Assembly: GCA_028023455.1 (NCBI GenBank) | Contig: JAQFVV010000010.1 | Coordinates: 3,596,001-3,660,000 of the forward strand | Length of the DNA: 64,000 nt | Reading direction: 5' to 3' | Origin: Epiperipatus broadwayi | Taxonomy: Eukaryota; Animalia; Onychophora | Part shown: piece after piece, positions 52,487 to 64,000 of the stretch | How the letters are laid out: each line of letters begins with the position of its first letter | How positions within the stretch are numbered: position 1 is the stretch's first letter | Notes under the pieces: model-generated | Told to the model about the DNA's origin: nothing | Seen by the model: only the letters and a program-made list of their open reading frames with translations | The model's database searches: none | Program-made: the position numbers and the translations under genes

Positions 52487-53350
52487 TAAACATCACATGA
52501 TTACCATTCTTTATGCTTACACAAGCTAGTTACATAAAGGCAAAACTCTCCATACAGTAGTGCCACTCGGTGCCATTCAGAGAAATCAATGGATACAAGT
52601 AGGTTTGTGCATAAAATACCTATTTAGTGACTACTCACCCAATATCTTCAGACTAGTTTCTAACTTGTGGCTTTCATCAGTGAGGAGCCTTATATCTGAG
52701 AGTACTGCATTTAGATCTTAGGATCCAATGCAAACCTCCAACAGCTGTCTTTTATCTTATTAGCTAATTATAAAGCTTTGAGTCCAAAATGAAAAACAAA
52801 ATGTTTTCAATTTAAGCTCATTAGCTTGTACAGATCTGAACTCAGTTGAATATCCATATTTTTTGATGTCTTTGGCTTTCTGAATGGTGCCACTATAAGG
52901 AGAATTTTGCCTCTGTGTAAACAGCTTGTGTAAGCATAAAGTTAGTGATCATGTGATGTTTGATGGTTTAATACCAATCCTGCCCAATAGGATTATGGTG
53001 ACCGTAGTTATTAAAAAGCCAAAGATACCAAAAAGTACAGATGCTGAACTGAGTTCAAATCTATATGACTATACAAGCTAATGAGCTTGAATTGAAAATA
53101 TTATTGTTTTCATTTTGGACTCAAAGCTTTATAGTTAGCTAATAAGGTAAAAGGTGGCTGTTGGAGAGTTGCATGGGATCGAAAGATCTAGGTGCAGTGT
53201 TCCCAGATCCAAGAGTCCTCACTGATGAAACCACAAGCTAGAAACTAGTCTGGCAAATAGGCACTAGATAGGCATTTTATGCAGAAACCTTCTTGCATCC
53301 ATTGATTACTCTGGCTTGCACTGGTGGCGCTACTGTATAGAGAATTTAGT
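52487..53350. mobile_element. Hammerhead-repeat family 1, locus I (nearly two monomers, divergent; hammerheads 52645-52686 minus and 53216-53254 plus, both with CTGATGA core)
   Basis: Antisense 52487-52882; sense 52883-53350 runs through the monomer junction (AGAATTTTGCC at 52901 recurs as AGAATTTAGTC at 53341, 440 bp later). Confidence 0.9.
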
Positions 53351-53974
53351 CTTTTAATACTATTGTACATAATGTAAATATATTACATGTAAGTAGAATA
53401 AAATATTTAATTGTATTTATATGAGTCTGTGTTTATTATATTTTAATAGGGATTTTGGGGTAAAAACAATAATTTTATAAACAATTATTATTAATAATAG
53501 TTTGAATTTGAAAAAGTTAAAAGAATAAAGTTAAAGGAAATGACAATAGAGGGAGTGTTAAACAAGTGTACAAATTTTGAAATTTTGTCACTTGCGATTT
53601 GGAAATAGGATTGTGAAGAGGTAGGTAATTTTTGTAATGTAAAAAAAATAATTTGTAATGTGGGAAAAGTTCATTGATAATTATAAAATATTTAATAAAA
53701 ATAAGAAACGATTAGAAGTTGATTTATAATATAAGTAAAATGACAATAATATGTATTAAGTAGTAAAATAAATGTTAAAGTTTATAATTATAATAAATAA
53801 TATTTTTTAAAAAATAAAATAAATATTGATAGAATTATTTTAAGAGTAAAGTAATAAAATGGAAAATGATTATTTATAATGGTCCGATTAAAATGTATAT
53901 TTATTTTTGCTTATATTGGGTATTTAATTATGTCTATGAATATGTGTATAAGTGTATTAATTGTATAATTATAT

Positions 53975-54010
53975 ATTTGAATATGACTGCAAGACAGTCG
54001 AAACTGTTAG
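53975..54010 (+). ncRNA. Family-2 hammerhead relic (core decayed)
   Basis: TTGAATA T GACTG-caaga-CAGTC GAAAC TGTTA: perfect 5-bp stem II and GAAAC, but CUGANGA not intact. Confidence 0.45.
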
Positions 54011-55755
54011 TTTGATATAAATAAAAGTATTGATAAAGTCTTTAAGAAAGGTGTAAATGGTATGATATGTTAAAGTAGAAATCAATTCATAGGAAAAGGA
54101 AGAAATGGAAAATTATATCTTTCTTTTTTATGAATAGTCTGCTTAATATAAATATGATTCAATTATATACTGAATTATGGTTGTTAATGTTAGGGTTTGG
54201 CACTACTGTGAGCTTTGTACTGCCATAGTATATAATTTTACAATTTGGTGATTGTATATAACGTCTTATATTTTAATTAAACATTGAACCAACAGAGGTT
54301 GTTTAAATGCTGTCAGTATCTCTTTATATGTATGTACAATGTATATTATACATATATATGTAATTGACTGTATCTGGTAATCATTATTAATTCCATTCCA
54401 AAATTTCAACAAATTTGACAAATTTATCATTATTTATATTTAAAAGATAAAGAATAAACAATTCACTCTATTTTTTAGTTTGCCAAATATAGTGAAATGG
54501 ATGCTTAATTATTTCACGATTAGATGAAATTTGCTCAGCTCTGCTCTATTTTTATACCCATTTAATTGCAATGTATAATTATTATTTAAAATATATACAT
54601 ATATTAATAAAGATAATTTTGTATTTTTTTTTTTGTAGTGTCAATCGTTCTCACAGTGATAGTAAAAATTTTAAACCTACAACTTATGGAAGTCTGGTGA
54701 AAACACATCATTTTAGCAACAGTTCTAACCCTTCTATTTCTCAAGTGCCTTAAAACAGCTTTCCAAAACTTTATATAGAATATGTTCTTTTGTTATCAAT
54801 AATATTTGTAAAAAAAAAAAAATGCTTTTTTATATCATATTGTAATAATCAATAAGTGAGATTGTTCACAAAAATGTTTAGGTTCAAATTAATATTATAT
54901 TTTGAAGTGATTCTTTGTTTTTTTAGCTAAATTACAATGTAAAAATGCATTCCATTCCACTAGCATAGGTGATTTCAAAATTTGAAATGATAGGCATTAA
55001 TTAAATTTTAAAATGAAATATTTTAATATAGCAAATTTATTTTTAACAAATTTTCAATAGAAACTTCCAATAATGAGTGAGAGTGGCAGATCTGTTTAAT
55101 AAAATGAATGGAATTGTTGTGCTCAGCCTATCATTTTGGTTCTCAAATGTCACTTGACTTCTTGAGGAACTGATAATATGATTATTTTCTATTGTAAGAT
55201 AATTTAAAATGAAATTTTGTAAGGGTTTAATAATATTAGCTGATTTTCCTTTTATCATTTTCAAATATTGCTTATTTAATTATTTTATTGTATTTAAATT
55301 GATCCAACAATAATTGGATGTAAATCTATGGATTTAAAAAGTGAATTGACAGAACAAATATATTAATCTAAACAGATCTATCATTCAAAATACTATGTAC
55401 ATAGAAAATAGACAAAGTTCATTATATTAGTGAACTAATGTCATTGATTAGCATTTTCCACTAATGTAAAAGTTTTCATTTCCTATATTCCAATGTCTTG
55501 GTTTATCAGTTTAAATAAATATTATACTAAATTATAATAAATAACAAAAATATATATGACAGTTATAAATATTTTTGTTATTTATTATAATTTAAATTAA
55601 AAAACAACATAATTTGACTTCAAATATAAGTATACATTTGTGTATTGTTTGATTATGGTATACTTGCAAGACGTATGTGGGTATTTCAATTTATTGAGCA
55701 CATCTAATTTAATTTTAAATTAAAAAAACAAAGACACTATTTTTCTTTATATCAT

Positions 55756-56140
55756 TAATACATTAAAGATCAGCCTTTTCAAGCTATTGTGCATGCACTT
55801 TTTACGAGTGTTAATAATAAATGAATACTTTCATTCCCAACACAAGATATAGTATTTATGAAAGAATAAAATGAATTCACTTATTCTTTCCAACCCAAAT
55901 GCTTATATATGGGCAAATCTTAAGTACTGGAAATGAAAGCATGAGGATAGACCACGCTTTCATTTCCAGTACTTAAGATTTGCTCATATATAAGCATTTG
56001 GGTTGGAAATAACAAGTGGATTCATTTTGTTCTTTCATAAATACTATATCTCGTGTTGGGAATGAAAGTATTCATTTATTATTAACACTCGTAAAAAGCG
56101 CATGCACAATAGCTTGAAAAGGCTGATATTTAATGTATTA
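55756..56140. repeat. Young fold-back element: ~188-bp arms, 9-nt loop
   Basis: 55756-55943 is a near-perfect reverse complement of 55953-56140; loop AGGATAGAC. Confidence 0.95.
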
Positions 56141-57571
56141 CAATTTATAAAACATAGAGCTATAAAAATAAATGCTTATTTATATCATTAAAAAAATTCT
56201 TTATTATTGGTTAGTATTCTGTTGGTTTGGGTTTTTCCAATACCTTTTTTGAAAGTTCAAATTTTTTTTTTTACTTTTATGTTATTTGCTTTTTAACAAA
56301 ACATTGTTATTGCACAGTAATGTCCAGAAGCAAAATATCCAAATCTGGCAGAAAGGATTATCCAAAAATTATAGTCTAGCCATTTTTTGTTTTGAAGCAA
56401 GATATAATTAGCAGTGAATTTAAAGCCTATTTTAATCTCACAGTTAGATACAATCAGTTTTATTTTGCAGAATCCATATATTCAAGGGAAGCATTGCTTC
56501 CATTTAATAATTACACATTTTTATATTTACAATATTTTATAAACTTTCTCACTTTTTTTATTTAAAAAATGCCAAATTCAAGCATTTATTTATTAAATCT
56601 TATCTTTGAAAGTTATATAGCTGCTGCTTCCAGAATGCTGTGCTCTAAAACATTTTCACACATTGCCATGTTTTTGTTTATGAAAACAATTAATTGAATC
56701 AAATACAATGTTAAAAAGTTATGCCCTTATTTCCCATCATGCTGTAGCAGTAATTTCTTCTGGAAACAAATTGATCCACAAGTAATATAGTACAAAGTTA
56801 TACTAATGATGGCGTGACAGTTATGCAGCATCTTTTTCTCTATTCTGAATAATTTTTTAATATTAAAGTCATGCCAGTAAGATAAGTAATCTTTCATGCT
56901 GTTGTTTTATTAATAATATGTATATACATATTTATAACCATTGTAATTTTAAAATGAACAGATGTATTGACAATTATTGCATAATTAATTCTTTATTGAT
57001 AAATTCATTTGTATCTCTGAGTTTTATTGATTAAAAAAAAAAAATTAAAAAAAAGAAGACAAAAATCAGAAATGACAGTTTTAAATAGAAAAATTAAAAC
57101 TTATATTCCTCATTTTACTAGTTGTTGGTTTGAATGATTTAAATAATTTATTTAAAACTCAAAAGAATCATGAAACATTGTTAAATCACCTAAAAATGAT
57201 GCTTTCATTTATTTGTTTGTATTGTGATTGACAATGAAAATTGAATTGTTTATCTCTTTAATCTCATAACCAATGATTATGTAAGATAGTAAGAGATGAA
57301 ACTTGATGTCAATTTTAGTTTTAAACTGTAATATAAATAATGCATATACTTTATATTTTTTATATACTATGTACTAAAAAATCAAAAATAAGTGTTTTCT
57401 TCAACCACAATTGGTGTTTTTATATTTAATTTGAAACAAAAGCATGGTGTGTCCAGAAATTAATTCAATCACTAAGTAAGACCCCATACTTTTATTTCAA
57501 GTTAAATATAAAAGTCACAATTTGATTGAAGAGAACAATTATTTTTGTTTTTATTGTGCATAATAAAAATG

Positions 57572-57756
57572 ATTAATTCTTAATCAGAAGGTAGTCAGCC
57601 TTCAACATGCACTGTTTACTCATGTTATTAACTCACTGATGTTATAGTGAATATGTAGGACACTGCCAATTGCTTAATCACTATAACAACAGTGATTTAA
57701 TAACATTAGTAAACAACATATGTTGAACACTGATTACTTTCTGATTAAGAATTATG
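57572..57756. repeat. Older inverted repeat (~85-bp arms)
   Basis: AATTCTTAATCAGAAGGTAGTCAG..TTCAACAT mirrored by ATGTTGAA..CTGATTACTTTCTGATTAAGAATT. Confidence 0.8.
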
Positions 57757-58228
57757 AACACTGCACTTGTAAATTATGTTATTAATAATGATTATTATAA
57801 AATATTTTTATATATTATTTTTAACTTTTTAGTATTTGCACAATAAATAAACCATTTATTATTAAATATATTATTTTTGACTTTTTAGTATTGAGATTTT
57901 TTTCATACTTATTCCAATTTTAATTAAAATAAAAAACAAAAACAATGTTGTAGTTTGTATATTTAAAAGAAAATTGTATATTAAAAATTGATTTCAATAT
58001 TATTTTATTTATGAAAGCATTTTCTGTAAATGCTTTTTATTTTTAGTTTTTTATTATTATAAAATATACTGCCCTCTTGTGTGTATCACTGAAAACTTAT
58101 TGAAGCAGTATCAGCATGTTTGAAATTTGATTTCATTGTCATATTGAAGTGTCATCAATTATTAAGATTTGTACAATATTTGAAAGAAATCCATTTGAAG
58201 AAGTGGGTTAAAAATTGATTACAAAATT

Positions 58229-58335
58229 GTCAAGTGTTGTTAGCCGAGAGGTCATTGCATCCGCCTTGCAAGCAAGTAGTTGGTTGCAGACGGGTGTGGG
58301 TTTCATCCCGGACGATGCTATGACATATAGAGAAA
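58229..58335 (+). mobile_element. tRNA-derived SINE with 19-bp TSD
   Basis: A box TAGCCGAGAGG, B-box-like GGGTTTCATCCC, A-rich tail; exact flanks AAAAATTGATTACAAAATT at 58210-58228 and 58336-58354. Confidence 0.85.
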
Positions 58336-61300
58336 AAAAATTGATTACAAAATTTATTTTAAATAAACAAAGAGTTTCTAAATTAAATAAAAATATTTTT
58401 CCCATTATTTTCAGACTTATAATAAACTCTGTTATTATACTGAGTACATTTAATCTTTATCATTAAATATGAATTACATTTTTGTACATTACTGATTTCT
58501 GTTTGCTTTGACACTTTTATTTTTTCTTCTCTACAATTTTCTTTATTCTGTATATCTAATAATTAATTAAGATATATATATATATATGGTGGTTCAAGAA
58601 AATTTGAGATGTATATTAATATATTTTGATTTAACACATACAAATATATAGAAAAGAGAAAGAGTTGATAACAGAGGCTTGTGTATATATATTTATAATA
58701 TGTTTTAGTAGTAAATTATTGAAGTTAAGCACTATTTTTAAAATCTGTCATTAATGCATGGGGATAAGATTGACTAAATTATTAATTTGTATCTCTAGGC
58801 ATAAACCAACATGACAGTCCACACTCTATTCAAATACTACATATATATTCTTTTATATCTATCTACAATGCAAACATACATATGTAGTTTGATAAAATCA
58901 GTGTTATGCATATTTAAAAAAATAATTAACTATAGATAACTGTCTCAATGATGCTTAGTAACTCTCTTTCAGAATCAATTTGTCTCATATCAAATTCCAC
59001 ATATGATAGGACTAATGAGATACTTTATAAGAAATCTGACAAACCAGATCTATTGAAGTAATGTTTATATATGCTTCATGTCTGTAATTTAAAAATTTGA
59101 AGGGATTTTTAAATGTAAAGATTTTCAACAATTTTAATAAATAAAAAATATACATATAATTTATATACACAGATAAATATGGTACGAATAATTATAAGTT
59201 TATTTTAAAAGTACTTTAAAACAAAATGTTTTTTATTAACAATTATAAAGTGGAAATGGCATTTTCTTAGAAAATGAAATTAATTAAGGAGATAAGTATT
59301 TGATGTAATTTAGTCTGGTAATCCCTTTCAAAGATAAAATTTAGTAAATGTTGTGATTGACAAACTGCAGACCAGAAACAAAACAAAGTTTAAGAATTAT
59401 TTACCAACAATAGATTGAAATGACTGCTGATGGATCCGATTTTGCTGATAAACCAACTCCAGGAATTATAAATAGTGATTATAAATCATTGTGAGAATTA
59501 TTGATTATTGCTAAATTATTGCTGAAATGCTTTGATTAAAGTTTGTGCTGCTGATTAGTCTTTGATTGTGATCCATTATATTTAGTATGGTTGGTGTTGA
59601 AATATGCAGGAGTAGAGAAACTGCAATCTGATTCATTCTGGCCACCTGGCAGAGGGCAGGCTGAAAATCCATAGTAAAGTACAGAAAGTTGTTAAATAAT
59701 ATAGAAACATCTTAAGAAGTGTTGTGTTCATTATAGGCCTAAACTTAAAGTGACTACTGCTTTGGGGAGAAACCAGTTAGCAATCAACAAGTAAACTATT
59801 GTCCGATACAGCCCGATTAAAACCTACCACAACCATAGCTATGGTTGAACAAAATTCACTAAAAGTATACCATTCCAAACTCCAACTCTTATTGATGAAA
59901 GGGAGTGAATATGAACTTTAAAATATACTCTTATAATACTAACATTGTTTATCTCCATTAGCCTGAAAGTATTTTATAAATTATTATTGATTTTGTAAAT
60001 CTGTTTATAAACTAGTAGGACAAAGGATTGTTTTGGTATTTTATTTAATCATGACAAAATTCAGTCTGTATAAATCATAAAAGAGTAAATTTTTATGTAA
60101 AGCAATTAGTTTTTTTTTTATCACAATCCTTGGCCATGTTGATAAAGACTTAGTGTTTTAAAACCAGTCATTTCTAGCACTTGTAAATATAAAAACTTGT
60201 TTAAATAAAAATTTCATCATAGCTTGATGAATTTTAGATGGGATACAAAACTGGCTAATAGACAGAATAAATTATCTTTTTATTATATACAGTTTTAAAC
60301 AAACTACCCTCCCGTTTTGGGGAAGGATAATTGGGTGTACTGATGTAAGTGAACTGTAACTTTATTTCAGGATATTTTGTTTATATATGAGATTTGTTTG
60401 TATGTTTTATTTATTCATAAATTATTGTGATATCATTGTGATTGTTGCTCACTTACATCCATTATTTTACTTGTAGCAGTAGAAGGAAATTCCTACTGTA
60501 TATTATATGCTTTGTTTGTATATATGTTTTGGACGATACTGTTTTGTGACTATCAATCTTTCTTATGCTTAGTACCTTTATAATAGTATATGATAGACAA
60601 AAATTCCTATCGTATAGGAGTTCTTAGCTCACATGTATTTGTATATTCATAAATAATGTGATGCAGATGTTTTCCTGTGTCTTACATTTGCACATACAGC
60701 ATTTAGTTAATCACCTGTATTAAAGCCTGAAAGTATTTATAGCAGTCCAGTTCTTTAAATAGTTTATGAAATGAGTTATCATAGTTAATGAAATGCAAGT
60801 ATCTTCAAACTATAGGTTTATTAAATCTTTAAACTGTAATAATCAGTATTTTTGACCGTTAATCTATGCAATAAATTTATATCTAATCAAAAATAATTAA
60901 GAATTTTACCATATATTATTTGTGCATAAACTTAATAATAAAATCCATAAATAAATACTCTCATTAACTTGTTGAAAAATTGGCAGGGCAGTGAAATAAT
61001 CATGTAAGTTTAATCATGGTTAAAATATACTTCTATTTCCCATAGATGGCAGTCAATTTATGCTATCGTGAATGTTGTAAAAATGCATATACTTGAATAA
61101 ATTGTAGTGCCTCATTATATTTAGCATTTGTCATTATTTTTCAATCAATGAATTAAGGTTAAATAAACTGATAGAGTCTCATGTATTTAGCTGTTCTTAG
61201 CAGGCTATAAAAAGAAAATGTTTATGCTGTGAGAGATTGTGGAGATCCCATGCAAATTGCCCTTAGATGATTTGTATGTAAGTTATACGTTTTGACAGTT

Positions 61301-61399
61301 GTTGTTATATATATTTGACTTGTATTCATTATGTTTCAAATGTAAACAATATGTATGTCATTCTATAATGTAAAAAAATACTAAAACAGTTCAAATACA

Positions 61400-61940
61400 A
61401 AATTTAGTAATATTCATTGTACCAAATATACTTTCAACATTTTTATATCAGATTCATTGTTAGTTTGCTAAAAATATTATTTTTTTTGCTGATTTGAGTG
61501 CTATTTGATTTTTGATTCATTACATATTCATTTTGTATAATGAACCATGCCTCTTTTATTTTATGTTTGCAATCATTTCTTCGCACATATGTTTATTATG
61601 ATGAGATCAGGGACTTAGAATTAGAATGGCTAAACATTCATTAATGTATAAAAAAATCTAAGATTAAGTCTGAAGCCGCTAATTATTTTGTATTTTGTAA
61701 ACATGAAAGGGAGTATGGTCATAATTGTGATCCAAGTGTTGTTAAAGTTATGTGCAAAGAAAGAAATAGTTGCAAATGTAAAATAATAGATGTGTGTTTC
61801 ATTACACAAAATGAATACATAATGATCCAAAAATCAAATATTCAAATCAGCAAAAAATTAATGTTCTCAGCAGACTAACCATAAATATGATGTGAAAATG
61901 TTGAAAGTATACTTGGTATAATGAATGCTACTAAATTTTA
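61400..61940. repeat. Diverged inverted repeat (~140-bp arms, ~250-bp spacer), possibly a PLE relic
   Basis: TACCAAATATACTTTCAACATTTT mirrored by AAAATGTTGAAAGTATACTTGGTA; TTTGCTGATTTGA mirrored by TCAAATCAGCAAA. Confidence 0.7.
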
Positions 61941-64000
61941 TATTTAAACTTTGTTTTAGTATTTTTTACATTATAATAATTAGAATGGCTGAGTATCAAA
62001 ACATAATGATTCACAGTGTTGTTCTAGTGAGAAGATGCTAAATTATTCATAGTAATTAATCAAATCAGGCTATTCTTTTAACCTTAATTTAGCAAAGAGA
62101 TCTTCATCAAAAAATTTAACTTGTAAAAAAAAAAATTAGTAACACATTCATATAAAAATAGTTTATAACATATTAAATAATGAACAAAAGAAATGACTGA
62201 AAAAAAAATTATGATACATCAGTTATCATAAAGACATAAGATGTATTATACAAATAAACATATACTGTACTAAATTTTTACAAAAAAATTTGTCATCTAC
62301 TGATTATCAATTCATTGTATGCATCATGATATTAGCAAGAATATATTTTTATTTGTTCCTTAAATGAAAGTATTTAGATTAAAGAAAGATAGATCTTATA
62401 GGGTTGCATTAAAAAGAGTAATGGTTATTTTTGTATTATCAAAACATATGTATTTCTTATCTCCATTTTTCACTACAAGAAGAGTGCCAGAAATAGTCTG
62501 CTTCTCTTTAGCTTTTTTATATCAACTATTCTCTTATCAATCACTAAAACACTAATAAAGATGAGTTTGATTTATATGTACATGTCATATGGACCTATAT
62601 GTTTGTGTAAGACTGGTGATGATCCATTACTGGTGCATTGTCTGGCTATCATACAATGATCATCAAAAAATTGTCCAATGCTTTTACAGCAATTGGTATA
62701 ATTAGTTGCCCGTATAAGTTAATTTTTTTCTTTTTTTTATGGAATAATAAAAATGTGTTTACCTAGTTATTATTTACCACTTTTTTAAAATTAATCTTAT
62801 ATATAAAGCTCATAAAATAAGCTCTTAACAAGCTTATTTTGTGAGCTCTATATATAACATTTGTAAATACAAGCTTATCGAATTAGGTCATGTGACATCT
62901 GACATGATTTTTTTGTAATTAAAATTCATCTATAAAAGAAGTTAGTAAAACTGCATTAAAAATATAAAGATAATATTCAAAATAATAAATTCTCCAGATA
63001 AAAATTTATAATTACAAATTATAGAAAATGAAAATTATATATATATAAAAGATACTTGTACAAGAAATTCCAAAAAAAACTACGACACTTAAAAATACAA
63101 GAATTTCCACAAAAATATGACAATTGTAATTAAAATGTAATATAACTCCAGTAAATCTAGAATAGTTACAATAACGCATTCGCCAATCTTTGCTCAAGCC
63201 ACTAAATAGCCATTACTATAGAAGAATTCTCCCCTTTTATCCCATGATTTTGAAAATACTCCACGTTTTTCTGTCAGTGGAAAATCTCAAATTTTAATCC
63301 TTTTAGCAAAATATTCCAAAATAAAAAGATGTTCAACGACAATCTTACGCTCAATATAAAAAAAAATCACAACGTGTTAACATTTGTACACTACATCTCT
63401 CTTAAAAAAATCCTATGAATAGAATTTATAAGACATTTTTTAATATTTTTAAAACTTAACAGAAATTTACAATTGATTTCTGAATAATTTTTTAATATTT
63501 GTACATTAGAATATATATAAAAATAATTAATTAAATCTTGTGAAAAGAATTTGCTAATATTTTTAAACTTAACAAGTAACACGTCTTCAATAAAATAATT
63601 TTGAGAAAAAAACAAATACTTTGGGACCCTTAAAAATGTATAATTACAAAAAAAAAATCCATCAAACTTTCAACTACGGTAACAGGAAAATACCAAAAAA
63701 AAAAGCATAATGTAAAACAAATACCCTCCCCCTCTACACATTTATCAGAAACACAAGATCAAATAAAAATATTTAACCCCCCCCCCAATGTTAAAACTTT
63801 AATTTTACATTTCTTAATGTATGAATTAACCATTATTTTTAATAAAATAGAAAACTTAAAATCAGGAATATTTTAATATAAAGTAATTGTTGAACTGAAA
63901 AGTATTGAACAATAAGCCAGTCACACACTATGCAATTTACATTTCCATCCTTGTGTAAATTATTTTATTTTCTATATATTGTGCCAGTCGGATTTGTATG

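Noticed and set aside
55043-55264. Track ORF with a plausible central stretch as a host exon
   Set aside because: No clear donor site or homology recognised.

Overview
Very AT-rich eukaryotic DNA, most likely from an animal (Mag-type Gypsy, hAT-Charlie MITEs, tRNA SINEs), and almost entirely intronic or intergenic. No intact protein-coding gene can be supported; the short ORF-track ORFs are TE fragments or noise. Recognisable TEs: two decayed Ty3/Gypsy pol fragments (1-2500, ~37050-39016); a complete gag-only LTR element with 1.6-kb LTRs (26893-31766, minus strand); a 5'-truncated LINE (~31990-33870) and older LINE relics; a Merlin/ISXO2 transposase relic; three hAT non-autonomous elements with 8-bp TSDs; two copies of a tRNA-derived SINE; and Penelope-like (PLE) relics. 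The main observation is a ~450-bp non-coding repeat at 9 loci carrying a minimal type I hammerhead ribozyme (consensus TCCTCA-CTGAYGA-AGGCCACAAGCCA-GAAA-CTAG-TC-TGGGGA) with a palindromic stem III and a long extended stem I. Every locus is built from divergent inverted arms, consistent with a retrozyme-like element mobilised by PLE machinery. Two further hammerhead families and many fold-back repeats are also present. All coordinates and alignments were read by eye; nothing was computed or searched.
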